Positions 12,198-25,210 of a stretch of 64,000 nt of DNA are shown piece after piece; positions within the stretch are counted from its first letter, which is position 1, and each line of letters opens with the position of its first letter. Source of the stretch: Tricharina praecox (taxonomy: Eukaryota). The stretch lies in contig NW_026250420.1 of NCBI RefSeq assembly GCF_024521635.1, forward strand, positions 62,001-126,000. Direction: 5' to 3'. Under the pieces are notes generated by a model. That model was not told where the DNA came from and did no database searches. It saw only the letters and a list, made by a program, of their open reading frames with translations. Made by a program: the position numbers and the translations under genes.

Positions 12198-14628
12198 CTA
12201 GTACGCCTGCGGCGGCGGCCTAGCGCTGTGGGAGAAGTCATCAAAGGCGCCACTCTGGGCCCTCCTATTATCGAACGCGCCGGTGTGTCTCTCACTCGTC
12301 GTCCCACTAAGCGGAACATGGCTCATCGCCATGGGCGAGGCAGCATCGACGAGTCCGCGCTTGGACGCAGCCGAGTAGTTGCGCTGATGATGCATGGGGT
12401 CGAGCGAGTGCAGCGGGATGGTCCCGGTGCTCTGCGCGGCGTCATCGTTGTTGAAGTAGAAGTTGTCCTGCGGGGTGGGCTGGTAGTGACCCTTCCCGTC
12501 GCGGCCGTAGGCGCCCGAGAGCAGCGAGTTGCGCGCGTCGAGTGGAGTTAGGTCGGCCTCCCGTAGCTTTTCGGCTTCCTTGCGCTTTTGTGTGTGCGGG
12601 TTTTGTTTGCACATGGCGTAGATCGCGTTCACGGCGATGCAGATCGCGAGGACGGCGGTGAGGGTGGATTGGATCGCGATGAGCGCGACACCTAGGGTTG
12701 GTCAGCAAAGAATGTATTTGGTGGATCACTCGTCAGACTCACCAGTAATCGTCTTGGTGTCGGCGGCGATGCCGAGCTGGTCGACAAACACGATAAGACA
12801 CACGACAGACAGCACGCGGACGCAGGAGATGATGATATTGAGGACGTTTCCAGCCTTAGTGTTGTAGGGCCTATTCCAGAGCAGCAGCACGAGCAGCAGC
12901 ATCTCGCACGCCAGCTGTCCAACCGTCTGGATGAGTCCGTGTCCGTCACCGAGCGCGATGAACGCTCCCTTGGCGAAGGCGTAGATGATCAACGGGAAGA
13001 AGATCCACCAGAAGTTGGACTTGAATTGGTCGTAGAACAGTCCGTACTTGCGCATGTACGGCTTGTGGATGAACAGCTGCTCCTGCCCTTCTGCCGATTT
13101 CTTGGTGTGTCGAGCTACGACGAAGATGCGCCACGCGAAGAAGCCGAGAATCGCAGTGAACGTGGTGAGCGTGACTCCGGCGAGGATGTGGGCTCCCCAG
13201 GAATCACCGTTCCGGAACTGGTAGAGGCAGTAGAGAGTCCAAGTGCCGTACAAGATCAAGATCTACATTGTTCGATATCAGCACACCATCCCCCGCACCC
13301 CGTAGATTCCAATGCAACTCACAATCCGAACAATCGTCGTCATCAAGAACATCCAGTATCTCTTTCGGAACCCGGTCAACGCCTTCGGAAACGACGCAAA
13401 CAGCGCCCAGACCTCGAGGATAACCTTGAACAGCAGAATGCACACGCAGACGGCAGCAATGACGATGCAGAAGATGAGCAGCACCGTCATGAACGTATTC
13501 GCCGACGGGATCCTGAGCGTCTCGACCTTTGCCTGAATACCGTGGACATACGTCATGACCTTGTCGTTCTGCGCCTCAGTCTCGTTGGCAGCGGTTCCGT
13601 CCATATTGGTACCGTTGACCGAGACGTTGACGTCCTCACGCGCCCAGAGCCCCCCGAACGCATACTCGAGATCGCGCTTCGACACCTTATTCGACGTGCC
13701 GTTGGCGAAACTCGGATCGTACACCAGCGTCTTGTTCTTGAGCAGGTACTCGATCGACATTTCCGTGGTGTTTCCTCCCGTGCCTGCGCGGAAATTATCG
13801 ATCGACACCTGCATGTTGTCCCACGAGAGGAGACCAGTGCTCCACTGGAAGTTGTCGGTGAACGACCGGTAGACGCTGGGATAGCTCACGCTGAGCATGC
13901 CATCCATGGCGATGCTCTGGAACCAAAACAGGACGTCACCAAAGTTCGGTGAAGAGCCGGCAGCCGTTCCCCCAGCACCCGCGCCGAGCGCCGAGATTCC
14001 CGACAGCAGTAGCGCAGCCGCCGCGATACCCGCAGAAATGTATTTTCCTTCCGGCACGTTCATGGTCTTTCCGTTGGCGACCACCGACGTCAGACAAGCG
14101 AGCTCGGCATTATCCGACTTGGACCTCAATTGCAGCGTCGCGACACCGTCCAAGTCCGGAATCTTGAAGGCGATGTCGGGCACATTTGCAGCGATCTCTG
14201 GAGTAATATCGATCGCATCCTTGGCCGCGAAAGTTCCCTTCGGTACTACGCACAGTCAGCACACAAACGAAACAAACAAACAAATAACGAAAAAATCAAA
14301 AAAATCTCGTCAGCACAGAGTTCCGCGTACCTGGACACAGCTGCGCGATCCCCTTCTCACAGGGGTCGAATTCGGTCGAGTACACATCCCTTCCATACGC
14401 GGTGACCTTCAAGATGGCCTGCACCTTCTGTTCCTGCTCCGATATGCCGGCCAGGTCGAAGGTCACCTTTCCGGCGGCCCTATCGTACTTGATGTTCATT
14501 CTCTGCACCACGATATCCGAGCCGTCGAGACATGTCGAAAAGCCACTAGTTTCCAGCACATCAGCTGCCTGGGCCGGCAGTGCAGTGAGAGCCGCTAGCA
14601 GTATGAAGCTCGTTAATATCGACGGCAT
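12198..14628 (-). CDS. FLC/Pkd2-family TRP-like membrane protein (flavin carrier / Ca2+ channel-like), 3 introns
   Basis: Signal peptide, ML-like N-terminal domain (LETSGFSTC...FDPC...LCP), AFKIPDLDG, WFQSIAMDGMLSVSYP, KYGLFYDQF and RPYNTKAGN, with multiple TM helices. Confidence 0.92.
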
Positions 14629-16626
14629 CGATGTGATTGAAGATGTGGCGCCACCGGGTAATAGTCGTCGTAATAACATATTGAAGTCGTTGTGTCTCGA
14701 AGCCTGCTGTGGTTGATCGCAGGATGTGGGTATGTACTTTGGTCGGGTGGGTTTGTAGTGTATGTACGGTGACGAAAAGTAGGGCGACGCCGATGGACCG
14801 AGGGCTAGAGTTGTGAGCAGCGACCGCCGATGCGGAGGTCCCCTTTCTCTTTCTCTTTTTCTTTGAGCGCGAGGTACCCCCCTCCTATGCGATGGGCGAT
14901 GGGAGACGTGCGATGGTGTCAGATGTCACCGATGGTGCGGGTAGTTGGAACGTCAACGGATAGGGTGGTGTCTGGCACGGCGATGTTGTTTACGATGTCT
15001 ACGAGAGGTTTCAAGTTTGACCCCTTGGACGAGGTTAATTGAAGCTGTGGGACAGTGAGTGGATCGGCCAGGACATACCTACGGCCACAAATAATAAGGG
15101 AGTCGTGTGTAATAGGTACTCAGATCTGCAGCGAAGCAAAGCAAATACGAGAACGATAACAAGCAGAAGTCAATCAAAAGAGTGTACGAGATGGGATCCG
15201 GATTCGATGACGGTATCAGCAGCGACAGAGACAGTGGCGGTAGGAGGAGGTGGAGGAGGAGAGGAGGCGACGGTGAGAGTGGGTCCGGGGGGGCGAGTTA
15301 GTGATGGGTGTGGGTGGGGTGGCGGAGCGAGCGAGCGAGCGAGCGAGCGTGTTGTGTTTACTGGACAGTTAGCAGCAGCTACAGCAGTAACGAAGGACGA
15401 GCTGCGGCGGCGGTGTACGAAGTAAAGGAGAGTTGGTGGTGGTGGTGGTGGTGGTGGTGGTGGTGGTGGTGGTGGTGACGGCGGAAGCAGAAGGAGGAAG
15501 GAACGAGCAGAAGATACGAAACGAACCACCTCCGCTGCTGGTGGTGGGCGTGTGCGGTCACTGTACCTGCTTAGACTGCTTAGGTGCTCCTCTATGAGTG
15601 CCTACCACTTCGTTTTGGCCCTCAGCGTTGTCGCCGTAAGGGGCAAGCAGCGGAAAAAACAGAAGCGTGCATCCAGTCGGTGCAGGGAAGGGGCCAAGAA
15701 GGCTCGCGCGCGATCAGAAGCGACCAGGCTCCGAAGCAAGAAAGAGCAGTTGATACTCGAGCCATTGCTTCTTGCGGATTGGCGCGGGTCGCGGGGGATG
15801 CCTGCTGACGCCGAAGCTTGCGCTGGAACACAGGGGGGGCGCAGACTGCCAGGAAGGAAATAATAATACGGTGCTGTCGGGCAGGGCCAGCATCGAATCC
15901 GCAAGGAAATGCGTAGGGGGGGCACTTGGACACCTTGGGCCAAGCTCGTGAGAGTGGATCAGCCCCGAGCGAGCACATCCGCCAGTGGCCACTTCCCCGG
16001 AGGCAAGGCCAAGAGGAGGGAAGGAGAGAGAGGGAGGAGCTTCTCGATAGCAGAATGCTCTATATCGAAGACTGTTGGGCAGCAGCGGGCTCTCTTCTTA
16101 TCGTTGCGCAGGGCCAACCAACCAAGTATCTCCCGGTCAGTCGGCGGGAATCGAAATAGAGCGCGGCCCGGCACTCGTCGCTCATGCAGGCCTGGGAGCG
16201 AACTGAACATACCAGAGAACTTATGCATAATGAAACCCGGGCACGTCCAGCATAGCCTTCTTCGTCTCTTGTTCTTCTTCTTCTCGAACATACCGGGAGA
16301 GCAGAGTAGAGTACCGTCCCTTTTCTCGAATCATGAAAACAGCCACTCTGGTCACCGGTGTCCGGAGTGTCCCTTCCTCACCACTCCAGCTCGAGGCCAA
16401 CTTCCAATGTAGCAAGTGCCCGAGCAGATCCCATCATCCCACTGTCCAGGGTCCCACATGTACGGACATTCTCATCCCCGACCCGACCGTCCGTCCACCA
16501 CCCAGCATCCATCCCATCCCTCCATCGCCCACTATTTCAGCATCCGCCCCCTCCCGGCCTCCAGCCCTAACGAGCAATAGATCACCAGGCACGTAGAGTA
16601 CTACCATCTTCAAAGTTCAGCTCGGT

Positions 16627-17011
16627 AGAGGGATTTTGCAACGGGTTTGGGATCGAGTTTGGGATGAGAAGTGGGGTGTAACTGGGACAACCGGTTGACT
16701 TACATATCCACAACACATCCCAAACTCCACAGGTTGGCGTTGCAGCCCCAACCTGTAAACACCGCTAAAAAGTTATAGTTGGCTGTGTTGGGAATAGTAA
16801 ACATGCTCTTCTAGGGAAGATAAGGAATAACGAAGGAATAACGTTGACATGGTGAGCTTGGCTTGCGCAAGTCCCATCGGTAGCGCCAAACTATCCTCAT
16901 CCCCAACCCGGGATCTGCAAAACCTCTTTTTCTGAAGTTTGGGTTCGACATGGGAAATTGCACTAACATCATAGCCAACTTACATCCCCAACTCGACTGC
17001 AAAATCCCTCT
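16627..17011. mobile_element. MITE-like non-autonomous DNA transposon, 385 bp
   Basis: Perfect 14-bp TIR AGAGGGATTTTGCA (16627-16640) / TGCAAAATCCCTCT (16998-17011). Flanked by GGT on both sides. Carries subterminal CATCCC(A/C)AACTC repeats. Confidence 0.75.
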
Positions 17012-17305
17012 GGTATTCGCCAGCGGAAAGTTGCCGGACGCGTTGACGCGCGGCATGATTGCCGGCAGACATGGTTGGATGCAGAATTCTGGAACAAGGC
17101 AACGGGTAGGTTGTCTCGTACCTGCGTTCGTTCCTTCTGGAGAAGCGATTCGGATTCCCGATTCGACCGCCGCTTTCTTGTATTCTCTGTGCGAACGGAC
17201 AGCTCGTGTGTCTTCCTTCACTCCCTCGTGCATCCTTAAAGTCCAAAGTGCTTGCAAGTTGCACTCCACTCCACTCTGGCATAATTCTGCCCATACCCAG
17301 GAACC

Positions 17306-17881
17306 CTATGTACCCCCCCATGTCACGACCCTGCTGTTCCCGATCCCAACTTCCCAACTTCTGCGAGCCATTTCCTTCCATTCCAGAAATAGCACAAATT
17401 GCCATCTCCCCCTCCAACCAGCCGGCGGCGGCGGGTGGCCGTTTGATTCTGAAAGTCCGTGCGACCGTGTGGCCGCTGTCACAGAGCCACTTCCGTCGCT
17501 GCCGCTGGCGGTCAGCGATGATCTCTTCTCTTCTCCAGTGAAGGGTGGGCGAACGGTCTGTTTTACTTTCCTTTCGTTCGGTCTTTCGGTCTTTGGTTCT
17601 TTCTTTCGCTCGGTCTTTCGGTCTTTGGTTCTTTCTTTCGCTCGGTCTTTCTTTCTTTCCTTCTTTGCGGGTTGGTTGGATGAACTTCGTGGTGGTGGCG
17701 GTAGGGCCGCAGGCGGGTTCCAAGGGTGCATCATGCCAGGGGTGTGCTGCTCACTGATGGTGCGGTTGGAAGTTGGAACAGCAACAGCAACGGACGTCGG
17801 AACGGATGTCGGACCCTGCCTTGGTGGCGGCGGTCGGCGGGCGTATGTAGACGGTGGGCGCTGGGCGGTGGGCGGTTGCAT
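17306..17881 (-). CDS. Possible hypothetical Pro-rich/basic protein
   Basis: 191-aa ATG-started ORF, but its K/E/R tract derives from a TTTC-type simple repeat and no family is recognised. Confidence 0.2.
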   Translation of the reverse strand: MQPPTAQRPPSTYARRPPPPRQGPTSVPTSVAVAVPTSNRTISEQHTPGMMHPWNPPAALPPPPRSSSNQPAKKERKKDRAKERTKDRKTERKKEPKTERPNERKVKQTVRPPFTGEEKRSSLTASGSDGSGSVTAATRSHGLSESNGHPPPPAGWRGRWQFVLFLEWKEMARRSWEVGIGNSRVVTWGGT

Positions 17882-20118
17882 ACCTGCATACCAACCTGCA
17901 TAACCACCCGTCGAGACTCAACGTTGACGTCGGAGAAAAAGGACCTACATATATTTTGGCTTGCGTGAGAGTCGGTATACTTTAAGAGTCTGGGTATTCC
18001 CACCCTCGTTGCGTAGAGAGCTTATTTCGGACGGCAAGGACACCCCGTTCACAGGACCCGGCCCGACCGCGATCAAGCCAGCTCCACATACCGGTGCCAG
18101 TCGGTAGATCATCCATGGCATGCACATACCGGTTCTCTCGGCAGAGCAGAGGCGAATACGGGATCATGTGCATCTCCATTCTCAAAGGCAGTTCATACCG
18201 GTACTGTTACATACCGTGCTACGAGTCTCTGTTGCGGGTTGCGAGTTACACTTGCGAGTTGCGACATCACCTGCACTGCTGCACTGCGAAAAATACACTT
18301 TTTGTGCCACTGTCCACAGGCTGGATTTCACGATAGGCCGTCCACGAGACCTGATGCCGTGCACTGTGATTCGTGATATCACGCCATGTCACTCGCGCCA
18401 CTTGTCTACACGACTGGAGAGTCCTGTCGAGATCACATTTCAAGGCTCCTTCAAATGAATATTCTACTCTATAGTTTTCCGTCCGATCTACACAAACATC
18501 ACGAAGATTTCTATGTAAGTCCTGTCTCACCCACTGCGGTACTAGCCCATACCTGTTGCCCAGGCGGCCGCCCAGTCATAGGGCACACCCAAGCCCATCC
18601 CAAGCCGCAGCCCAAGCCGCAGCCCAAGCCCGAGGCCATAGCGCCGCGCCGGTCCGGTGAACTCGGAGATGGGCGCGCCGCTCGAATTCCCGGGGCAGGG
18701 CGGGGCGGAACTCGGCAAGGAAGTAGGGTAGGGGAGATCCGCTCCGGCTATGCGCTCGAGAGTTGACGCCTTGTCTAGTGCCGCCTATGAAGACCTGCCC
18801 GCATGCCCGCAGGCGGGCGCCAACGCCGCAGCAACAGCAACAGCACACATGATCCGCGTAACCGCTCGACTACGCACTCCACCTACATGCGCTGGCCGCT
18901 GGACGAGGAGGGTACGCATTTACAACACTCTATGTAGTAGATACGACCGTTGCAACTTGCAACTGCAGTTGGGCGGTTCCAGAATCCAGATTCGCCCATC
19001 GCTCGTCACTCAACGCTTGACATGTGCAGGTGAAACCCGCACGGCGATCGGTCGGGAGAGTATTTGCGCTCCGGGTATGCATCCGAGATATGGTGATGAC
19101 GGGCTGAATTTGCTACCGTACTGTCCTGTCCTGTCCTTTCGGTTCGGAAGCAGTGCGAACCTTGGGGACGGCGGCTTTGATAGTTGCAGTACCGATGTAG
19201 GTGATGGGGAGGAGGAGGACCATTTGTTACCATATGCATACCGTATGTACCTCGAAGGACCTGGGGAGACACTCACTTTTTTTCCATCCATCCAGCCTTT
19301 GGCCGGAGCGCTAATAAGAGTTAAAGTAATCAAATTGCGGAGATGCGAGATTAGAGTAAATCCCTGGGTTGAAATGGGCTTGATAGGATAATTGTCTGTT
19401 CACGATGGGGGGGTTCTGCCCGATAGGTACATACCGGTATGTTCGTTGCGGGAACTTGATTGAGCTACCTATATTCGTCTCCCGTGATGTGTTCTCCCTA
19501 TCGGTACCAGTGCCACCAGTGACCACCACCAATGCCGTACCGTACATAGGGCTGGACTTTGGAGAGATCTTCCCGGAGATTCACGCCACAGCCGCGGCCG
19601 CCGTGGCTTCCACCACCTGGCACCGAGATCATGTTCGAACGTTCCTCTCAACGTGGCGCACTCTTGTCCGCTCCAAGAAGATCTCCAGAGGAAGACTCGA
19701 CTGCACAACCTGCACATCCGGCCGGCGATAAGCCATTAAGCCCGCTCTGTCTTCTCGGCGTTCGTTCACATTCCTTCCGTCTCCGTCTCGAATGCCCTGT
19801 ATAGGCATGCGCACTTTGCGGGAGTTGAAGTTTCCGTCCGCCGTTACAGGACGAGGATTCGTGCTTGAGCTTACAAAGCGCGGAACTCACGCGCCACCAT
19901 GTCTTGCCACCACATAGCACAGCACAGCGGCGCCGCGCAAAATATACCAACACGTAGAATCCTTTCGGCGCCGTGAGTCGACGAGATCTCATCGGATGTC
20001 TGATTCTCCAGCGTCGGCTTCGGTGTATTACACATCATCGATCGACTCACGCTGAGTGACCGACTATGGTGGTGGGTGTGGTGTGTGTGTGTGGTATGAG
20101 TGGCAGCACCGCAGGTCT

Positions 20119-20127
20119 TAGCCCTAA
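20119..20127 (-). promoter_or_regulatory. Tbf1-type TTAGGGCTA site upstream of RPL10
   Basis: TAGCCCTAA lies ~205 bp upstream of the RPL10 ATG and matches the ribosomal-protein promoter element known from Candida albicans. Confidence 0.5.
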
Positions 20128-20331
20128 AATCCCTGACTGTGGTTCGCGCACACACGGCACACCGACCCGTTCTGAGAAATGCGCTGACAAATCCTACGTT
20201 GCTTCGAAATCAAGCTTGCCCCCCCGTTTACTATTATACGACTCTCCGCGACGGACGACGACGGACGACCTAACGACAACGACAACACACACCACCATCT
20301 CCCCCACGACACCAACACAACTACAGCAAAA

Positions 20332-21303
20332 ATGGCCCGCCGTCCCGCTCGTTGCTACCGCTACTGCAAGAGTACGTTGATTTCTCCACGGTTTTCGGTT
20401 TCGCGATGAATAAAAGAGGAGGAGGGGAGGGGATGGAGCGGGGTTGGGGGCAGTGCGATGAGGCTCTCAGAGAGGAGAGCAGCGCACAGGAGAGGAAGCG
20501 ATGGGAAATCGAGCGCATGAAGGCTGATGGTGAAATTAGACAAGCCTTACCCCAAGTCTCGTTTCAACCGTGGTGTGCCCGACCCCAAGGTCAAGATCTT
20601 CGACCTTGGACGCAAGCGTGCCGGTGTCGACGACTTCCCCCTGTGCATCCACCTAGTGTCGAACGAGTACGAGCAGCTGTCGTCCGAGGCTCTCGAGGCC
20701 GCCCGTATCTCTGCCAACAAGTACCTCGTCAAGCTCGCCGGAAAGGATGGTTTCCACTTGAGGATTCGGTATGCTTCATTCAACCTATAACCCTCTCGCG
20801 AAGACGAGTGCAAAGAACTGACGGATCGCAGTGCCCACCCCTTCCACGTCATCCGCATCAACAAGATGTTGTCGTGCGCTGGTGCCGATAGATTGCAGAC
20901 TGGTATGCGTGGTGCCTGGGGTAAGCCTAACGGCTCCGTGGCCCGTGTCAACATCGGCCAGGTCCTCCTGTCCGTTCGCACACGTGACTCGAACCGCGCC
21001 ACCGCTCTCGAGGCTCTGCGGAGATGCCAGTACAAGTACGCTTCCCGCCCTGCACCACCCCCGATCAACCACTGACACAGAATCAACAGGTTCCCTGGTC
21101 GCCAGAAGATCATCATCTCCAAGAACTGGGGTTTCACCCCCCTGCGCCGCGAGGAGTACGTCGAGAAGCGCGCCAACGGCGAGGTCAAGCCCGACGGTGC
21201 CTACGTCAAGTTCCTGAGGCCCCACGGAAACCTTGCCGAGAACGTCCGTGCCTACCCCCAGGCTTTCGCCAATGCTGCCGCCGCTGCCACCGCCTCCGCA
21301 TAA
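20332..21303 (+). CDS. RPL10: 60S ribosomal protein L10 (uL16), 3 introns
   Basis: [62 protein letters not shown] and [16 protein letters not shown]. Confidence 0.99.
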
Positions 21304-21779
21304 ATTGTTGAGATTTAGTGGTGTTGTAGTGGTTGTCGTTGCTGTTGTCGTTGCGTTTTGTCTTCGGAATGGAACTGGATGCAAAATACATAGCAAGTGG
21401 TATTTGTGATCCATATTTCGTGCTGTGCTTGCCGTGATTCGCCGTGATTGGAGTACCTGTATACATACTCGTAGAAAGATTACGTATCCCGCGCCATGGT
21501 GATCATTAGGCACAAATCCCTTATGAGCTGTATGACGTAGATATTGCGAGCGAGCCACGCCAATGCCAGCCGAATTATTTTATCTCCTCCATCATCACCC
21601 ACGACCACTCCACTGCAAGCCATGCCCATGCCATGCCGAAGCAATCAAATCAAGCGAAAGCACAAAGCAAAGCAAAGCAAAGATACCAAACAGAACAGAG
21701 CAACGACAACCCAACATTCGCGCAAGTCCCATCAATCCCTCCATCCATTCATCCACCGTTCCATTTCAATTCAGATTCA

Positions 21780-24700
21780 TCACCTCTTCTCCGACCAATC
21801 GAACTGATCCTTCACCTCGCCCTGCGCGCCTTTATACGAGATCTTGAAGCGGATCCTCAACGGAGCCTATCACAATATATCAGCAACCTTCCAAATTCCA
21901 ACCCCTTCTTCCAGAGAAAACTTACGCCATTACTCCCGCTCAACCTCATCTGCAGCTGCGCGTCGCCGGCGGGGTTGATAGTGGTCGTACTGATTTCCTT
22001 GAGCTCGAGTTTCTGGCCGCGGGGCGCCGCCGCCTGCAGCTGCAGCTCCGACAGCGACTCCGTAAAGCTGGTATTTGCGAGGCGTGCGCGGATGTATACC
22101 GCGCCGTCGGCGGGCCGCTGTAGTTGCAAAGAGATCTCGAGGCTGGCTTTGGTGTATACCGTTATTGCCGCTGGTGGCGCTGCGGCGGCGGGGGTGGGTG
22201 CAGAGGAGGGGGCGCTGCCCATCACGTCCAGGAGGCCGCCCATGCTGCCCATCCCGCCCATCCCGCCCATGGCCGGTGGAGAGGTAGTAGGGGGTGCAGG
22301 GCTAGAGGTCGCCCCCGGGAAGAGCCCGAGGATGTCGGACATGCTGGATTGCTGCTGGCCCTGGGGTGGAGGGGAGACGGGGGCGGAGGAGCCGCCCAGG
22401 ATGTCGGCGAGGAGGTCGAGGTTTCCGCCGCCGCCGCCGGTGCCACTGCCGGTAGTGTTCATGACTCCGCCGCCAAACCCGGGCCCATCGTCGTTGAGCA
22501 GCTCGAGAAGTTCCATTTCTTGGTTCTTTTTCTGCACCGGTTTTGCCTTTACCATCTTCTCGCCCAAGACTCGGTTTTCGTCGCGGATCTCGGGCATGGG
22601 CATCGCTTCGAACACGCCGAGGCGCACTTCGTCCGGTTGCTTGAACATGTTAACGTACTCGGTGGTCCGCTGCTGGATCTCGACGTCGAGGGACCGCGCG
22701 TGTAATGACAGGATCCGCTTGATGTCGGCCGTGTTGTTGTGCTGGCCTTCCTGGGCGGGGAGTCGTGTCGAGAGTTTCATCAGCGCGTTAGTAGCATACT
22801 CATTCATGATCTGGGAGTTGTAAGAGTGCTCGAGCACGCATTCCAGCAACGTGATTATGTCGTGTCCGGATACCCCCGATTCTAATAGCTTGTGCCCGTA
22901 TTCCCCGAGAACCCAGGAACTGGCGAGCGTCAATCCCTCCGTGAACGCGGGCGAGGAGGATCCCTCGTCGACCACTACGTTGCCGTTTCCGTTTCGCGGA
23001 GACTTGCCGTCCTTGGCCTGTGCCATCGCCGCATAGAGCTCGCGCACGCAGTAGTCCTGCTCGCTCGGGGATGTCGCGATCAAACGGATGAAACTGGACA
23101 TGATCTGCTCCTTGACGTAGTTCCCAGCCAGCTTCAAGACTCGCAAGATGGTATCGATGTGCCATCTCTTATCAGGCGCAAACCTATCGGCCGCTACGGA
23201 AACCTTCGACGCCAGGGCCGACTTGAATTCATTGTCGATTTTCCCTCGGCTCAGCAGATTGAGAAGCTTGTCAACCAGACCGACGTCCTTCTCGTTGTTG
23301 ATCAGGGTGAACGCGAGTTCGATGGCACGTCGCCGGATCGAGATGTCGGGGTCCTCGAGACAGGCGAAGATTGTCCTTTCGTGTCGCCGCACAGCCTTTG
23401 GATCCATAGACACCACTTTGTGGAGCGTGTTCAACGCCACATAGCGGATATTATTGTCCTTGTTGGTCAGGAATTTACCCAGGATGTTGATACCGAGAGT
23501 GGTGCGACCGCTGTCGGACTCGATGTCGAAAATGGTAAGCACGGCCTCGTAGAGAATGGAGTTTCCGACGTTTTTCGACGAGTCCGTATTCGTAGCAACC
23601 TGCAGAACACTTGCTGTAAATTACACACCCCAGTACCGGGCGCGTGGGTGGAGTCGTACCTGCGTCAAAATGTCGTTTATCTGCTCGCTAACTTCGGGAT
23701 TATTCTTTCCCAGTATTCTAAGCAGATGCAGAATCTTGACCTGTAGGAACGGATCCGTAATTCCCGTCACATCGTGTTCGGGTGCATATCCGGAGCTCGT
23801 CAGTTTCTTCAGATGCTGGACCAGTACCGGCACGTACGGCACGTATTGGGGGATCAGATCCGGATCGTGTTGGCAAAGGTCGGTAACCAGTGTCAATCCG
23901 CAGAGCAGCACACCGTGGTTCTTGCGGTCCTGTAGCAGCGGCTTGGTCTTGTTGACGAAGTGCTCCTGGAGGTCGGGCACCTTACGGATGATGCGCATCG
24001 TGCAGAGAGCAGCCTTCTTCTGGATGTACGGATTTGCGGTGGAGAGAAGTCCCTCAACTTCCTGGAATAGATCGCGGGCCATCTCTTGAGATGCGATGTT
24101 GCCGAGCGTGCACAGCGCCAGTCCGACGACGTACTGATTCTGGTGTTCTAGATCACTGATTTCCGTCTCAGCCCCCACCAACCAACCGAGTAGCGGGGAA
24201 GTCCAACTCACTTTTTGAGAGAATTGGTGACCAACGTCAGAACCTCCTGGTTCTCGTCCAGCAGTAACATGGTGCCTAGATATCCCAACCGCTTATCCGC
24301 GAATCTCGGCGAGGCAAGTAGCTTTAGGCATTCGATCTGTCCGAAGTGCGTCCGTTCGCCGAGCGTAAAAAGGTATAGGAGTTTGGCGACATTGTTCCTC
24401 CTGCGTGGGTTCGAACGTTTCACTGCAATTTAGCTTCCTGTTCTGCTGCTGCTTACGGGGGGGGGTCCGTTTTCCCATCGCGGGGCAACGAGCTGGAGCT
24501 GACCGACCTTACGTTCTGATCGCCGGACTCCTCCCGGAACGAAGCTCTGATGGCCGCACTCTCCTTCTGTACGACACTCCGCTCATCCTGCAGGGTTTTT
24601 GCCTTCCGCACTTCCTTGATGAATGTCTTAACTGTGTTCACATGAGCAGCCGTCCACCAGAGCTCAGAGGTAGGTAGGAGGAGGACTGACGGGAGCTCAT
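21780..24700 (-). CDS. APL4: AP-1 adaptor complex gamma subunit (gamma-adaptin), 5 introns
   Basis: [61 protein letters not shown] and [12 protein letters not shown], then a disordered hinge and a C-terminal ear ending [10 protein letters not shown]. Confidence 0.97.
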
Positions 24701-25210
24701 TATGGCCGTGGATAGGCAATAGCGACGCCGCGTGCCGCCAGGGGGGTTCGAAGGGAGGTAAGGCCGTTGGATCGGGGGACTTTCGAGATCGAGAGGATAT
24801 TGCTGTGTTGCGGGAGTCCGGGGATGTGCGTGGTGGAAAGAGGTTGCTCAGCTTACACCTTGTGCGCGCCAGCGTTACACACGTGGCGGAAGCTACCCGC
24901 CGTTTTGTTACCCGGAAGGCATGGATTGGAACTGGCCTCGACAAGCGTCCGCTGCATTTGCAGTCGCAGCCGTTCCCCGGTTCCACCACCGGAGAGAGAG
25001 GCCTACCGCTGCTTTTAGAGCTTCGAGAGAGGGAGAAAATCGATTCATTGCCTCTGTCGTAGCTTCGAAAGGCATCTCACAGCACGAGAGTAGTTTGTCC
25101 GAGTGCTCAACCATGTCGCTCATGTGATTTCGTTTCGAGCATAGCGGATTCGCAACTACCCTAGAGCACCTCACCCCACCAGCTCAACTCTCCCGGCGGA
25201 GGAGACAGCA

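Noticed and set aside
16950..19990. Overlapping ORFs on both strands between FLC and RPL10
   Set aside because: No recognisable domain or consistent exon structure; only 17306-17881 is kept, at low confidence.
20372..20539. Intronic box C/D snoRNA in RPL10 intron 1
   Set aside because: There is only a degenerate CGATGA, the CTGA is the branch point, and no terminal stem or recognisable rRNA guide is present.
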